This document shows positions 40,414 to 51,027 of a DNA stretch of 64,000 nt, piece by piece (within the stretch, counting starts at the first letter, position 1; every line of letters starts with the position of its first letter). The notes below the pieces were generated by a model. That model was not told the origin of the DNA. It made no database searches and saw only the letters and a program-made list of their open reading frames with translations. The translations under genes were made by a program, and so were the position numbers. The stretch comes from Chitinophaga pinensis (GTDB taxonomy: Bacteria; Bacteroidota; Bacteroidia; UKL13-3): positions 62,115 to 126,114 of the forward strand of contig CALRXU020000004.1 in the NCBI GenBank assembly GCA_943372215.1, read 5' to 3'.

Positions 40414-41157
40414 TTATAGCTTTAAAATGTCTTCCATAGAATAGATGCCTTTTTTGCCAATTATCCATTCGGCTGCCATTACGGCCCCTTTTGCAAATCC
40501 GTAACGAGACTTGGCCATGTGTCTGATTTCAATGCCATCGATCACCGATTCATACTTCACAAAATGGTCTCCGGTAACATCTGCAATTCGTTTGGATTCA
40601 ATCAGCAACTCATCTGGTTTAAGGCTTTGCGAAGGTGTATTTTCATGGTAAACCAAACGGCCCTTATAACTTCTCTTTTGTTTGTTTTCTGCCAAAATAT
40701 GGTTGGCCAAAGTAATTGCTGTTCCGCTGGGGTGATCCTTTTTCTCCGTATGATGAATCTCCTCTATCATCACATCATATTCATCTAAATCAGCCATCAT
40801 TTTGGCCAGGATTTTATTTAGCTTGTAAAAAATATTTACACCAATGCTGTAATTGGTGCTATGCACCATACTTTGGCCCTCTGCCATGCATTTCGCTTTA
40901 ATCTCGTCAAATTGATCATACCATCCGGTAGTGCCAACAACAATGGGTACTTTGGCCTCAAAACACTTCAGTATATTTTCAACTGCGGCATCAGGCATGC
41001 TAAAATCTATTGCCACATCCACATTTTCAAGGCTAATCGGCATAAAATCAAAGGCATTTTCCAAACTCACCTTATACACAATACTGTGTCCTTTTGCCAA
41101 GGCAATTTTTTCAATGGCCTTGCCCATTTTACCATATCCTAATAAAGCGATTTTCAT
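40414..41157 (-). CDS. dapB: 4-hydroxy-tetrahydrodipicolinate reductase
   Basis: GYGKMG, VGTTG and EIHHTEKKDHPSGTA motifs. Confidence 0.96.
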   Translation of the reverse strand: MKIALLGYGKMGKAIEKIALAKGHSIVYKVSLENAFDFMPISLENVDVAIDFSMPDAAVENILKCFEAKVPIVVGTTGWYDQFDEIKAKCMAEGQSMVHSTNYSIGVNIFYKLNKILAKMMADLDEYDVMIEEIHHTEKKDHPSGTAITLANHILAENKQKRSYKGRLVYHENTPSQSLKPDELLIESKRIADVTGDHFVKYESVIDGIEIRHMAKSRYGFAKGAVMAAEWIIGKKGIYSMEDILKL

Positions 41158-41254
41158 GTGTTTAAATAGTATGCATTGTATTTAGTATCACCGTAAATTC
41201 AGGTGAATACAAAAGTATGTTAGGTTGAGTAAATATACACTTATTATCCATTAT

Positions 41255-41896
41255 TTAAAATTTTAACGTAAACAACAAGTGGGTTTGGGCTTGTGAAGAT
41301 ACCCAATACAATTGGGGCTGCACGTTTAGCGAAAGGTCTTCTGTGATTTTAAAATCGTAAAAATGGGCATCAACGGCAGCATCTACAATTTGTAGAATAT
41401 AGGTGGCTCCCAGTAAAATGTATGATAAATCCCTGTTTTTGTGGTAATAATCCCGATAGCTGAGTAGCGTGGGCTCTTGAAATTGGTTGTAATAAGGATC
41501 TTCATTAAAGCCGTTTGCTACCCTAAAACTGTATTGCTCTTTAAAGTCTTTGTAGTATTTATTGTTCCAAAGTGCACCATATAACGCAGCACCAGCGGCA
41601 ACATAAATAACGGGTACTTTCCAATACTTTTTATTGTACACTTGACCTGCACCTGGTAAACAAACGGATAATAGAGTGGCTTTTTTAGGTGAATGTTTTA
41701 AACGCGATAAACTATCAGTAGTTTGATTTTGCTTTTTTGCAGTTGTTCTAACAGCATCATCATTACGGTTAACCTCCCTGTTGCCGGGAACAGTAGTAAT
41801 CGAGCTATCATTTATAGGGCCGATTTGGGCTGTTGCGTTAACACTCGTTAACAGCATCACCATAATACCAAACAGAATGCGCAGTTTGCCAAGCAT
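41255..41896 (-). CDS. DUF5683 domain-containing protein
   Basis: PKKATLLSVCLPGAGQVYNKKYWKVP and DAAVDAHF; typical position between parB and dapB. Confidence 0.85.
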   Translation of the reverse strand: MLGKLRILFGIMVMLLTSVNATAQIGPINDSSITTVPGNREVNRNDDAVRTTAKKQNQTTDSLSRLKHSPKKATLLSVCLPGAGQVYNKKYWKVPVIYVAAGAALYGALWNNKYYKDFKEQYSFRVANGFNEDPYYNQFQEPTLLSYRDYYHKNRDLSYILLGATYILQIVDAAVDAHFYDFKITEDLSLNVQPQLYWVSSQAQTHLLFTLKF

Positions 41897-41972
41897 GTAC
41901 CCGCAAAGGTAAGCAATTACACTTTAATTATTACAATGCGCAGCACCCATTGCTGCAATAAGCTAGGTTATT

Positions 41973-42875
41973 TTAGTTTTCGTCCAATTGAATAATGTCC
42001 AAAATGCGTTGCAATTCGGCTTGAGAGCGGAATGGAATTTTGATATTGCCCCTTCCTTTATCATCGGCCTTGATGCTGATTTTGGTGTTAAATCGTTCGC
42101 TCAAACTTTGCTGGTAGCCGAGGATAATTTCAGATTTATCTGTTTTAACGGCTGGTTTGGCAGGACTTGTTTGCGCCTTAGCATGTTCCTCACGCACCAA
42201 GTTTTCCACTGAACGCACACTCAGTTCATTATTGAGCATTTGTTCCAACATCCATTCCTGTTTCTTTGGATCGTCCACATTAATAATAGCCCTGGCATGG
42301 CCCATGCTTATTTTGCCTTCTTTTAGTGCCAACTGTATGGTGTCTGAAAGTTTAAGCAAACGCAGGTAGTTAGTTACCGTGCTGCGGTTTTTGCCAACAC
42401 GTTCGCCCACTTCATCTTGTTTTAAGTTGCATTCTTCCATTAGGCGCTTGTAGCTTAAGCCAATTTCAATGGGGTTAAGTTCTTCACGCTGTATGTTTTC
42501 TATCAATGCCATTTCCAACATTTCCTGGTCGTTGGCCACCCTGATGTAAGCAGGTATTTTGGTTAGCCCAGCTAAAATACTGGCGCGGGTTCTGCGTTCA
42601 CCAGAAATAATCTGGTAACTATCGTAGCCCATTTTACGCACAGTAATGGGTTGAATTACACCATGTATTTTAATGGAGTTGGCCAACTCTTGTAAGGCCG
42701 TTTCTTCAAAAGCCGTTCTAGGTTGAAATGGGTTTGCCTGAATCTGGCTGATAGCAACCTCACTAATGGAATTAGCGGGTTTGGCTTCAGTGCTGGTATT
42801 GGTAATATCAGTATTGGCATTTTCTAGCAAGGCACTTAAACCTCTACCTAATGCATTTTTGCGTGGATTGCTCAT
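41973..42875 (-). CDS. parB: ParB/Spo0J chromosome partitioning protein
   Basis: LGRGLSALL, NPFQPR, GERRTRA and ALIENIQRE motifs; ATG 42875 preferred. Confidence 0.96.
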   Translation of the reverse strand: MSNPRKNALGRGLSALLENANTDITNTSTEAKPANSISEVAISQIQANPFQPRTAFEETALQELANSIKIHGVIQPITVRKMGYDSYQIISGERRTRASILAGLTKIPAYIRVANDQEMLEMALIENIQREELNPIEIGLSYKRLMEECNLKQDEVGERVGKNRSTVTNYLRLLKLSDTIQLALKEGKISMGHARAIINVDDPKKQEWMLEQMLNNELSVRSVENLVREEHAKAQTSPAKPAVKTDKSEIILGYQQSLSERFNTKISIKADDKGRGNIKIPFRSQAELQRILDIIQLDEN

Positions 42876-42934
42876 TTCTTTTGTTTTTAATGCGGTGTTC
42901 AAAGCGGTAACTGTTAAAATTGAATAAAATACGG

Positions 42935-43738
42935 TTAGTTTAAAGCTGAAGATTCAAAGGCATTCATGGTGGTTAAACCATTTTTCTGCAACAATTCTTT
43001 AGCCAGGTTTAAATAATTGATGGTGCCTTTACATTCAGCATCATAAGCAATAACAGGTTTACCAAAACTTGGAGCCTCACTTAAACGGGTGTTACGTTGT
43101 ATAATAGTATCAAACACCATTTGTTGGAAATGCATTTTAACTTCTTCCACCACTTGGTTGCTTAAACGTAAGCGCATGTCATACATGGTTAACAACAAGC
43201 CTTCTATTTGTAGTTCGGGGTTTAAGCTGCTTTGCACAATTTTAATGGTGTTCAGCAATTTGCCCAATCCTTCTAGTGCAAAATATTCGCATTGAACAGG
43301 AATAATTACGCTATCACTTGCAGTTAATGAGTTGGTGGTAATAATACCCAAAGACGGAGAGCAATCAACAATAATAAAATCATACTCCTTTTTAATGGGT
43401 TCTAATGCGTGGCGTAATACGCGTTCGCGGTTAGGTGTGTTAATAAGTTCAATTTCAGCACCTACTAGGTCAATATTAGAAGGCAACAAGTCCAAATAAT
43501 CAACTTCCGTTTTAACAATAGATTCCCTGGCTGAGTTATCGTTAATCAACACTTCATACAATCCCAATTGTACATTCTTAGGGTCAAATCCCAAATGTGA
43601 AGTGGTGTTTGCCTGAGGGTCGGCATCAACAACCAACACTTTATATTCCAATACAGCTAAACTTGCTGCCAAATTAACGGCAGTGGTGGTTTTGCCAACT
43701 CCACCTTTTTGGTTTACTACTGATATAATTTTTCCCAT
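42935..43738 (-). CDS. parA: ParA/Soj ATPase
   Basis: NQKGGVGKTTT, DADPQAN and QCEYFALEG motifs. Confidence 0.96.
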   Translation of the reverse strand: MGKIISVVNQKGGVGKTTTAVNLAASLAVLEYKVLVVDADPQANTTSHLGFDPKNVQLGLYEVLINDNSARESIVKTEVDYLDLLPSNIDLVGAEIELINTPNRERVLRHALEPIKKEYDFIIVDCSPSLGIITTNSLTASDSVIIPVQCEYFALEGLGKLLNTIKIVQSSLNPELQIEGLLLTMYDMRLRLSNQVVEEVKMHFQQMVFDTIIQRNTRLSEAPSFGKPVIAYDAECKGTINYLNLAKELLQKNGLTTMNAFESSALN

Positions 43739-43767
43739 GTTTATATTTCCTTACTAAATCGTCTTTT

Positions 43768-44448
43768 CTAAATTGTTAATGCACTGCCTATGGCAGGTAT
43801 GGTAAGTAACTTACCGTATTTGTTAAAATGTTCTATAGCAACAGTATGCGGCACCTTGATATAACCAAATGTGTCAAAATGCATGGCTATGATGCGTTCA
43901 CACCCTATAAATGCAGCAGCTGTGCAAGCATCCTCATAACCCATAGTAAAGTTATCACCAATAGGCAAAAGTGCAGCGTCCAAGGTAAACTTATCAGCAA
44001 GCAATTTCATGTCTGTATGCAATGCGGTATCACCTGCATAGTATAAAACTTTACCAGCCCCTTCAACCACAAAACCAGCCGCTATACCTGCATAACTTCC
44101 ATCAGCCAATGAACTAGAATGTGCTGCAAAAACCATGTGAATAGTGATGTCATCAAACTGCCACTTTCCACCAATATTCATGGGGTGAGTATTGGTTATG
44201 CCATGCTTATTTAGCCAAACACAAATTTCCCAACTGCTAATTACTTTGGCATTGGTGTTTTTTGCAAGGTCCAGCAGGTCAGCTGTGTGGTCATCGTGCC
44301 CGTGTGAAACCAAAATATAGTCAGCTTGCAATTCATCAAAGTTGATTTTTGCAGCCAATTCATTGGGTCTGATAAACGGGTCGAAAACCAGTTTTTTGCC
44401 AGAAACCTCCAGCAAAAAGCAAGAATGACCTAAATAAGTGAGTTGCAT
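43768..44448 (-). CDS. UPF0173 metal-dependent hydrolase (MBL fold)
   Basis: YLGHSCF, SHGHDDH, HSS, AGDT and PIGDNFTM motifs. Confidence 0.9.
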   Translation of the reverse strand: MQLTYLGHSCFLLEVSGKKLVFDPFIRPNELAAKINFDELQADYILVSHGHDDHTADLLDLAKNTNAKVISSWEICVWLNKHGITNTHPMNIGGKWQFDDITIHMVFAAHSSSLADGSYAGIAAGFVVEGAGKVLYYAGDTALHTDMKLLADKFTLDAALLPIGDNFTMGYEDACTAAAFIGCERIIAMHFDTFGYIKVPHTVAIEHFNKYGKLLTIPAIGSALTI

Positions 44449-44663
44449 GTAAATTTTATGTTAACCGTGTCTTCAAATAACGCACATCCCCAAGGGAACA
44501 TATATACAACCTTATTACATACTATCAACATGGGTGTTGATAGTTTTAGCCTTTGTAGGTTAATGAGTTGTGTGTTTTTTATACCGTGGAACACCTTTCC
44601 AAAAAAAACAATTATCAACAATTAAGTATAAATTCGGAGCGGTTATCTCTTCAAAAAAATCCG

Positions 44664-46205
44664 ATGGTGAAATTTACGCCCCGTAGTATTCTTCTTTTTG
44701 CTGTACTTTTTAGCTTGTTAACCTATGGGTTTGTTTATGCCACCAAGCGTATGCCAACAGGTGATGAAACCATTGCCTATTTGTGTGCTACAGGAAACCA
44801 AGGCGCTTATGAAGCGGTAAATAAACACGGTGGGGTATATGGTAAAATAACCAATGCACAAGAGTGGAAGTTGTTTTTTGAGCCAAAAGACAGGGCTTGG
44901 TCAACTATTGCAACTGATCTTACCCAAACTGACTTACACCCCCCACTTTATTTTTGGTTATTAAATGGTGTATTAAAGGGGGGTAATCCCCTGTTTTTGG
45001 GCGGGTTATTGTTGAATTTACTCTTACACCTGCTATCTATTTACACCATGTACCATTTGAGCAAAACAATAGGACTTTCTCAGCATACAGCCGCTATGGT
45101 GGTATTGTTTTGGTGTTTAAGTCCTGCCATAATCAGCATTGGCTTTGTGGCTCGTCAATACCAATTGCTTTGCACAATCAATATCGTTGCGGCATTGGCG
45201 TTTATAAAGTTTACAAACAATAAACAACCTCTATGGTTGGTGTTGTTTTTAATAAGCATCGCAGCTGGCTCACTCACCCATTATTTGTACCTTTATTTTA
45301 TGTTGGCCTACGTGGGGTATGCAATATTAGTTCAAAGGGATAGCAAGCTAACAGGGGTTACGATAGGCGCAGTACTGCTGGCCGTATTGTGTTTATATGT
45401 GTTACATCCGGGAGTGATATCACAATTTGCCTTACAGCAAGACAGGGCACAAGTTTTTAATGGCTCTGCTATTCCTATGCGTGTAGGTAAGGTGCTGATT
45501 AGTTTTATACAGATAGCGTTGCCAGTACTTTTGCTAAAACCTTTGCTGCTAAAATTGCCCGTTTGGTTGGTTACATCAGGGGTGGTCATTATAATTATTC
45601 TATTGTTTTTGGCCATTAAAAATAAGCAACTAGCAGCGTTTTGGGTTGTGAAAACAGTTGTTGGTAAGCATAAGTTAATCAGCTGGTTGTTGTTGTTTAG
45701 CCTATTGCTGGTTATTGTACCATACCTGTTGTTTTTTACGCCATTACATGCCATGGGCGGGCAATATTTGGTGCTGGTTTACCCGTTTTTATTGTTAATA
45801 CTTATTCCTTGGTTAAGTGCAAATGCGGCTATGAATAAATTGGCAATAGTTGTTTTTTTTATAGGTGTTTTTACGCAGCTTATTTGGTTTAATCTGCAAC
45901 AACAAAGTTATCGCAACCTGTTTCAAGAGCTTGAGCAAGCAGATGTAATTTGTGTAAACTCCACCGATAGAAGAGGTTTTTTAAGATTAGTACCTTACCT
46001 GAAAAAGCAATTGGTGTTGATGGATGAGCAGGCTAAACCTTGTGAATTACCTTATAAGCATGTGTTGTTTATTGCCGATGAGGCAACCCAATCAATGGCT
46101 AAGGAATATTTGCATACAGCCAATGTGTATGATTTAAATGATGGGGTTGTTTTTTATACGCAAGTGATTAACGAAGCTTTCTGCGAGCAACTTCACGGGA
46201 AATAA
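44664..46205 (+). CDS. Membrane GT-C fold glycosyltransferase-like protein
   Basis: GDE, DLHPPLYF and ARQY motifs with many TMs; ATG 44664 preferred. Confidence 0.75.
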   Translation: MVKFTPRSILLFAVLFSLLTYGFVYATKRMPTGDETIAYLCATGNQGAYEAVNKHGGVYGKITNAQEWKLFFEPKDRAWSTIATDLTQTDLHPPLYFWLLNGVLKGGNPLFLGGLLLNLLLHLLSIYTMYHLSKTIGLSQHTAAMVVLFWCLSPAIISIGFVARQYQLLCTINIVAALAFIKFTNNKQPLWLVLFLISIAAGSLTHYLYLYFMLAYVGYAILVQRDSKLTGVTIGAVLLAVLCLYVLHPGVISQFALQQDRAQVFNGSAIPMRVGKVLISFIQIALPVLLLKPLLLKLPVWLVTSGVVIIIILLFLAIKNKQLAAFWVVKTVVGKHKLISWLLLFSLLLVIVPYLLFFTPLHAMGGQYLVLVYPFLLLILIPWLSANAAMNKLAIVVFFIGVFTQLIWFNLQQQSYRNLFQELEQADVICVNSTDRRGFLRLVPYLKKQLVLMDEQAKPCELPYKHVLFIADEATQSMAKEYLHTANVYDLNDGVVFYTQVINEAFCEQLHGK

Positions 46206-47364
46206 GTGTCAGCTCTCGTCCTGCCTGGCCTTTTACCGATGTGTTTTCAGCCGCTCTTCTAAACAAATAAGGCATCACCGCTTTAACTGGGCCATAAGGC
46301 AAGTACTTAGCCACATTATATCCTGCGCTCGAAAGATTAAAGCTAATATGATCGCTCATGCCAAACAATTGCGAAAAATAAATGCGGGGGTCGTTGTTTG
46401 GAATGTTGTTTTCATCCATCAACTTAGCCAGTAACAAGCTGCTGGCTTCATTGTGCGAGCCTGCGCAAATACTCATGCGGTTCAAGTGTTGGATGCAAAA
46501 ATGAAGGGCCTCGTTGTAGTCGGCATCACTGGCAGCCTTATCAGGTTGTATTGGGCTGGGATATCCCATTTCAGCCGCGCGTTTACGCTCTTTTTCCATA
46601 TAAGCTCCACGCACCAATTTTACACCTAAAAAGTACTGGTGTTCTTCAGCATGTTTCAGGCTGGCTTTTAAATAGGCCAATCTGTCGTGTCTGTAAAATT
46701 GAATGGTATTATAAACAATGGCCGTTTTTCCATTAAACTCTTTCATCATGTCTTCCGCAATCCGGTCAATGGTTTCTTGTATCCAACTTTCCTCTGCATC
46801 AATAAAAATGCGCACGTGATTGTCGTATGCACTTTTGCAAATCGTATAAATACGGTTTTTTACTTTGCCATACTCACTTTCTTCCTCCGCAGTAAGGGGT
46901 TCGTTGTTATTTACCTTAGCCAAAAGCGCAAACCTGCCCACGCCAGTTACTTTAAATACACAAAATGGAATTTGAGGATTATTGGTGGCTTTTTTAATGG
47001 TTTGTAAGGTTTCCTGCGTAGTGGCATCAAAACTTTCTTCTTTTTCTTCACCCTCCACACTATAATCTAAAATAGTACCAACCCCAAAACGGTATAAATC
47101 AGCCATAGTAGCATTACAATCATCCATGCTCTCCCCACCACAAAACTGTTTAAAAACTGTTTTTTTTACAATTCCTTTAATCGGCAGGCCTATGTTAAAC
47201 GCCAAATTAACAAGTGGGGTGCCAGCTTTAACCAGCCAATTGTAGCCAATTATTTTATACAAGAAGTAAGATTGTTGCAATGCACGATTGCTTTTTGCCT
47301 TAAAAGCAATTTCTGTATTTTCAAAGCTTAGCACCAATTGTTGATTTATTAAGGTAATTTGCAC
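46168..47364 (-). CDS. Monofunctional proline dehydrogenase
   Basis: QFCGGE, IDAEES, KLVRGAY, QLFGMSD and KYLPYGP...YLFRRAAEN motifs. Confidence 0.93.
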   Translation of the reverse strand: MQITLINQQLVLSFENTEIAFKAKSNRALQQSYFLYKIIGYNWLVKAGTPLVNLAFNIGLPIKGIVKKTVFKQFCGGESMDDCNATMADLYRFGVGTILDYSVEGEEKEESFDATTQETLQTIKKATNNPQIPFCVFKVTGVGRFALLAKVNNNEPLTAEEESEYGKVKNRIYTICKSAYDNHVRIFIDAEESWIQETIDRIAEDMMKEFNGKTAIVYNTIQFYRHDRLAYLKASLKHAEEHQYFLGVKLVRGAYMEKERKRAAEMGYPSPIQPDKAASDADYNEALHFCIQHLNRMSICAGSHNEASSLLLAKLMDENNIPNNDPRIYFSQLFGMSDHISFNLSSAGYNVAKYLPYGPVKAVMPYLFRRAAENTSVKGQAGRELTLISREVARRKLR

Positions 47365-47472
47365 AGGTTTTTGTGAACTAATTATTAATTTAATCTAAAA
47401 TAACTCATTTTTGATGGCGCAAAAATAGGGTTAAGTACCTAATATTGTCAACATCACAAAAAATTAACTTGT

Positions 47473-48534
47473 TTGAAAGAATACAACCTTAAAAATTATA
47501 ATATATATCTTGGTAATGAGGTGTTTGATGGGCTTCTTGAATACCTGATAGAGGCATCTTACACCCAGGTTTTTGTTTTGGTTGATGAACAAACAGAGAA
47601 ATTTTGTTTACCGGTTTTACAAAAAACGCTTTTCGACACCAAAATAATTAAGATAAAAAGCGGGGAAATCAACAAATCATTTGAAACACTGCAATTTATT
47701 TGGAATGAACTTTTTAGCAACCAGGCTGATAAAAGCAGTGTGGTTATTAATTTGGGTGGAGGTGTTATTGGCGACATCGGGGGATTTGCCGCTTCTACTT
47801 ACAAAAGAGGCATAGACTATATTAACATTCCAACTACATTGTTGGCTATGGTAGATAGCAGTATTGGAGGAAAACTAGGCATTGATTATCATGGTATTAA
47901 AAACTCCATCGGTATTATTAAAGATCCCGTAGCCGTGTATATTAATCCTGTTTTTTTAAACACACTCGATGCGCGTGAACTTAGGAATGGGTTTGCTGAA
48001 ATGATTAAACATGGATTGGTTGCCGATGAAGAGTATTGGGAAAAAATCCTTAAACTGGAGTCTATTGATGCACTGAGGCTAGCCTCTTTAATTGCCGGTT
48101 CTGTAAAAGTAAAAGTACAAGTGGTAAAAAAGGACCCACTTGAAGAAGACTTAAGAAAAATATTAAATTTCGGCCACACCATCGGCCATGCCATTGAAGC
48201 TTATTCGCTAATAAACGATAAAAAGCCCTTAAAACATGGTGAAGCAGTAGCCATTGGTATTGTTTGTGAGTGTTTTTTAGCCAAAGAGTATCTTGGTTTG
48301 GGGGGGAAAGAGTTGCGTATCATCAGCGATTTTATGCTGATGCATTATCCCAAGTACTCGCTCAAGAATATTTTATCACCAGAGCTCATTAAGTTTATGC
48401 GGCATGATAAAAAAAACAGCACCAGTGAGCAGATTAATTTTACCTCGTTAAAACGAATAGGAAAAGCGGTTACCAACCGGGTTTTTTCTGACCAACAAAT
48501 ATCTTTGGCACTGAATTATTATGATGCGTTATGA
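47473..48534 (+). CDS. aroB: 3-dehydroquinate synthase
   Basis: LGGGVIGD, PTTLLAMVDSSIGGK and LNFGHTIGHAIE motifs; TTG start. Confidence 0.96.
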   Translation: MKEYNLKNYNIYLGNEVFDGLLEYLIEASYTQVFVLVDEQTEKFCLPVLQKTLFDTKIIKIKSGEINKSFETLQFIWNELFSNQADKSSVVINLGGGVIGDIGGFAASTYKRGIDYINIPTTLLAMVDSSIGGKLGIDYHGIKNSIGIIKDPVAVYINPVFLNTLDARELRNGFAEMIKHGLVADEEYWEKILKLESIDALRLASLIAGSVKVKVQVVKKDPLEEDLRKILNFGHTIGHAIEAYSLINDKKPLKHGEAVAIGIVCECFLAKEYLGLGGKELRIISDFMLMHYPKYSLKNILSPELIKFMRHDKKNSTSEQINFTSLKRIGKAVTNRVFSDQQISLALNYYDAL

Positions 48535-49775
48535 GTAACCTCATTGTTAGACATCAAACAAAAAAAATAAGCGGAGCCATTACTTTACCCACCTCTAAAA
48601 GCATTAGTAACCGATTGTTGGTGCTGCAAAAGTTAACGGGCTTCCCAACTGAAATTACACAACTTTCTACTTCAGAAGATACACGGTTGATGCAACAGGC
48701 TATGCAGCAAATCAAGGGCACTGTTAATGTGAACCATGCAGGTACTTGCTTACGTTTTCTAACAGCTTACTACGCCTGTTTACCTGAAGCAGATGTGATT
48801 TTACATGGATCTGAGCGCTTGCACCAAAGACCCATTGGCCCGCTGGTAAATGCCTTAACATCATTAGGGGCTGATATTGATTACATAGATCAAGTTGGAT
48901 TTGCCCCGTTACGCATTAAAGGCAAACACATGCATGGAGGTGTTGTTCAATTAGACGCTTCCATTAGCAGTCAGTTTGTTTCGGCACTGATGTTAATTGC
49001 CCCTGTTTTTAAAAATGGGTTGGTCATTACTCAACAAGGTAAAATGGTTTCTAAACCATATGTTCAAATGACAGCCAAACTCCTGAATCAAATAGGTATA
49101 GCATGCACGGTTAAACATGATGTGGTAATTAAACCTTTTCATCAAGCAGGCACAGCTGCAAAAACAATGAAAGTAGAAATGGATTGGAGTGCGGCAAGCT
49201 TTTGGTATGTGATGGCTGGGCTCAGTCAGGAATGCAACCTATTGCTAAACCAGCTATCAACCGAAACCACACAAGGAGATTCAGTGATTGCCAACTATAT
49301 GGAACGTTTTGGGGTAATGACGGAAGCGGTTGAGCAAGGCATTCACTTACAAAAAAGTAAACCGTTGCTCAACCAAGCGTATTATGATATGCTTGATTAT
49401 CCCGATTTGGTGCCACCATTAGCGGTATTGATGTGCGCGTTAAATTGTGCTTGCACATTTACCAATGTTGCCCACTTACAGGCCAAAGAAAGCCATCGTT
49501 TAACGGCATTGTGTACCGAGTTAACCAAATGCGGATTTGATGTTTCCCATACGGAAAATGACCTTGTTATTAAACAAGTGAATCAAGCGATGGTTAAAGC
49601 CCCTGATTTTTTCGATACCTATAACGACCACAGAATGGCCATGAGTTTTTCTTTATTGGCTTTAAAGTTTAATCAGGTTAACATTAAAAATATGGAGGTA
49701 GTGGAAAAGTCATACCCCAACTTTTGGCAAGATTTAAAACAAGTTGGTTTTGAATTAGAAACAACAGCAGAATAA
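48531..49775 (+). CDS. aroA: EPSP synthase
   Basis: SKSISNR, AGTCLRFL, SSQFVSAL, KESHR and DHRMAM motifs. Confidence 0.95.
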   Translation: MSNLIVRHQTKKISGAITLPTSKSISNRLLVLQKLTGFPTEITQLSTSEDTRLMQQAMQQIKGTVNVNHAGTCLRFLTAYYACLPEADVILHGSERLHQRPIGPLVNALTSLGADIDYIDQVGFAPLRIKGKHMHGGVVQLDASISSQFVSALMLIAPVFKNGLVITQQGKMVSKPYVQMTAKLLNQIGIACTVKHDVVIKPFHQAGTAAKTMKVEMDWSAASFWYVMAGLSQECNLLLNQLSTETTQGDSVIANYMERFGVMTEAVEQGIHLQKSKPLLNQAYYDMLDYPDLVPPLAVLMCALNCACTFTNVAHLQAKESHRLTALCTELTKCGFDVSHTENDLVIKQVNQAMVKAPDFFDTYNDHRMAMSFSLLALKFNQVNIKNMEVVEKSYPNFWQDLKQVGFELETTAE

Positions 49776-49830
49776 AGTTAATCCATATATTTGAATTTTA
49801 AACAGGTACGTTATACCAACTACATCAATT

Positions 49831-50913
49831 ATGGCAGGTAACAGTTACGGACAATTATTTTCAATAACCACTTTTGGAGAAAGCCACGGTGAAGCGCTGG
49901 GTGTTGTAATGGACGGTTGCCCAAGTAACCTTGAAATGGATGTTGAATTTATTCAACTGGAATTAAATCGCAGAAAACCAGGCCAAAGTTCTATTACCAC
50001 ATCACGCAAAGAGGACGAAAGTTTTGAAATACTATCAGGAGTGTTTAATGGAAAAACAACCGGGGCCCCAATCTGCATGCTGGTTCGCAATACAAACCAA
50101 CGCAGTGCAGATTACGATGCCCTTAAAAACGTGTTTAGACCTTCACATGCCGATTACACTTATGAGGCCAAATATGGAATCCGAGATCATCGTGGAGGAG
50201 GCCGTTCTTCAGCGCGAGAAACAGTAGCCAGGGTACTGGCAGGTGCAGTTGCCAAATTGTACCTCAAACAATTGGATATATCTATTCAAGCTTACGTGCA
50301 GCAGGTTGGGCATGTTGCATTGGAACTGTCGCATACGCAACTTGATTTAACTAAAACGGAAGCCAGTATTGTAAGATGCCCCGATGATGAAACAGCAAGC
50401 CGCATGATAACTTTAATTGAACAAGTAGGGCTTGAAGGTGATAGTATTGGTGGTGCAATTGTATGCACTGTAAATGGTGTTGAAGCCGGATTGGGCGAAC
50501 CTGTTTTTGATAAGCTGCATGCTGAACTTGGAAAAGCTATGCTTAGTATAAATGCTTGCAAGGGTTTTGAAATAGGCAGTGGGTTTGGTGCCATAGCCAT
50601 GTTGGGCAGCGAGCATAATGATGCCTTTGTTAAACATGGAACAAAAATCCTTACAAGCAGCAACCACAGTGGAGGTATACAAGGAGGCATAAGCAATGGT
50701 GCGCCAATTTATTTTAGGTGTGCTTTTAAACCTGTAGCTACCATTCGTAAGCAGCAACAAACGGTTGATGTGAATCAACAAGATGTGTTGCTCCAAGCCA
50801 GTGGTAGACACGATCCTTGTGTGGTGCCAAGAGCTGTACCCATTGTAGAGGCAATGGCTGCAATAGTGGTGATGGATTTTGTATTGCGCAACCGTGCATA
50901 TCAAAGTAAATAA
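49831..50913 (+). CDS. aroC: Chorismate synthase
   Basis: [21 protein letters not shown] and [11 protein letters not shown] motifs. Confidence 0.97.
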   Translation: MAGNSYGQLFSITTFGESHGEALGVVMDGCPSNLEMDVEFIQLELNRRKPGQSSITTSRKEDESFEILSGVFNGKTTGAPICMLVRNTNQRSADYDALKNVFRPSHADYTYEAKYGIRDHRGGGRSSARETVARVLAGAVAKLYLKQLDISIQAYVQQVGHVALELSHTQLDLTKTEASIVRCPDDETASRMITLIEQVGLEGDSIGGAIVCTVNGVEAGLGEPVFDKLHAELGKAMLSINACKGFEIGSGFGAIAMLGSEHNDAFVKHGTKILTSSNHSGGIQGGISNGAPIYFRCAFKPVATIRKQQQTVDVNQQDVLLQASGRHDPCVVPRAVPIVEAMAAIVVMDFVLRNRAYQSK

Positions 50914-51027
50914 ATGGTAAAATGAGACAAGTTGATTTGTAATCAATTGGTCAATAGTCTCTTTGTTTCAATTATTTTAAAATATTAATTTATCTTGCGT
51001 TTTTATTATTCTGAAATAATTACACCA

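Noticed and set aside
44438-44466. dif-like sequence (TTATGTTAA XerD-arm match)
   Set aside because: XerC arm and 6-bp spacer do not fit, and it overlaps a start codon
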